DNA of 64,000 nucleotides from an uncultured virus (IMG/VR IMGVR_UViG_3300027902_000007) (Duplodnaviria > Heunggongvirae > Uroviricota > Caudoviricetes): IMG/VR virus record IMGVR_UViG_3300027902_000007. One strand, given 5' to 3'. The notes beneath the pieces were generated by a model. The model saw only the letters and a program-made list of their open reading frames with translations, was not told the origin of the DNA and did no database searches. The position numbers and the translations under genes were made by a program. Positions 63,318-64,000 of the stretch are shown in pieces (within the stretch, counting starts at the first letter, position 1; each line of letters starts with the position of its first letter).

Positions 63318-63683
63318 TTACGCCGATGGTGACTCAGTTTGCACGTCTGGCTCGTTAGCCGCTGGTTGCACAGGTGCCTTATCAACTCTTTCAGCCAAAG
63401 TTAATATTGTAGCCGTAGACTTTTCAAGCAACACGGAGACTCGATCGAGCAGGCCTTTTGTTTCTGCTTGAGACTTTTCAAAACACTCTTCCCTAATTTC
63501 CGCAATTTCCTCTTGATACATTTGCTGTAAAGTGGCATTAACGATATTAAGAGTGGCTTCAATGCACAGTTGTATACTGTCAGTATAGTCACTGTCAATC
63601 ATGTTTCCACTTTCTAAATTTTGCATAAGCTTTTTAGCCTGCATATTAAGAAAATCTTTAATTGTAGTTGCATCTATCATCAT
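63318..63683 (-). CDS. hypothetical acidic helical protein
   Basis: GGAGG RBS; 121-aa ORF. Confidence 0.55.
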   Translation of the reverse strand: MMIDATTIKDFLNMQAKKLMQNLESGNMIDSDYTDSIQLCIEATLNIVNATLQQMYQEEIAEIREECFEKSQAETKGLLDRVSVLLEKSTATILTLAERVDKAPVQPAANEPDVQTESPSA

Positions 63684-64000
63684 GACCTCCGTGCATTTAA
63701 ATAAGAGTGGTTGAGAAGAATAATCAGATCAGTTACGAAGTATTGCATCAAATTGCGCATTAATTCGATCAAAAAATACGCAGGCGTAACACATGAGCAT
63801 CAGCAATAACAACATCACAGAAAAAAGGCCCACGCATACAGTAATGCTTCTGGGCCTCTCCTTTATGACAATCTTTAATTTAAGCAACATCAGTACAGTC
63901 ACGATTGTCAACGCGTCCAAACCGACTATTATGCAAAATATTAACATATTCCTATTTTATGCCAAACACGTGCGCAGTAGCTAATGCTGTTACAATGTAC

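Noticed and set aside
25000..64000. Stop-codon recoding as the explanation for the many short ORFs
   Set aside because: Recognisable enzymes are full length in the standard code, all three stop codons are used, and the short ORFs have their own RBSs and ATGA overlaps.
25000..64000. Plus-strand ORFs in the six-frame track across this region
   Set aside because: They are antisense shadows of the tightly packed minus-strand genes. The recurring 'MKSNLL' peptides are simply the reverse complement of the KFDF codons.
1..64000. tRNA or rRNA genes
   Set aside because: No cloverleaf with a T-loop and acceptor stem was found by eye; tRNAscan-SE would be needed to exclude them definitively.

Overview
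This window looks like an accessory/early-gene region of a large (jumbo-type) bacteriophage. It has densely packed, mostly short ORFs with overlapping start/stop codons and no recognisable capsid, terminase, polymerase, rRNA, tRNA or CRISPR features. Genes are mostly on the minus strand over 1-15 kb, on the plus strand over 15.2-24.1 kb, then almost all on the minus strand from 25 to 64 kb. A repeat-rich non-coding junction lies at about 24.1-25.0 kb, and the sequence looks more AT-rich towards the right end (judged by eye). Recognisable products: a DUF262/ParB-like protein, a J-domain/ATP-dependent ligase fusion, a second ligase-like nucleotidyltransferase, a class II glutamine amidotransferase, a phiEco32-type COOH-NH2 ligase, three gamma-glutamylcyclotransferases, a nucleoside hydrolase, an ADP-ribosylglycohydrolase, a methyltransferase, a SAM decarboxylase, HAD proteins, a pilin-like protein and a serpin-like protein. 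Four patterns are not explained by any single gene. (1) A short peptide tag, [NSTG]KF[DE]F[IML], sits near the C-terminus of 15 otherwise mostly unrelated small proteins, with 4 further variants. (2) A separate set of 8 proteins shares the N-terminal leader M[KRE][HY]LAxIQ[SA]EF[LV]KxA, reminiscent of a capsid-targeting sequence. (3) A bipartite promoter-like element, CCACATTT-N23/24-TGAYTAT..., recurs upstream of about 10 transcription units in the left 20 kb. (4) A near-palindrome, TGACATCNGATGWCA, is arrayed at two distant loci. All assignments come from reading motifs by eye; no database searches were run.
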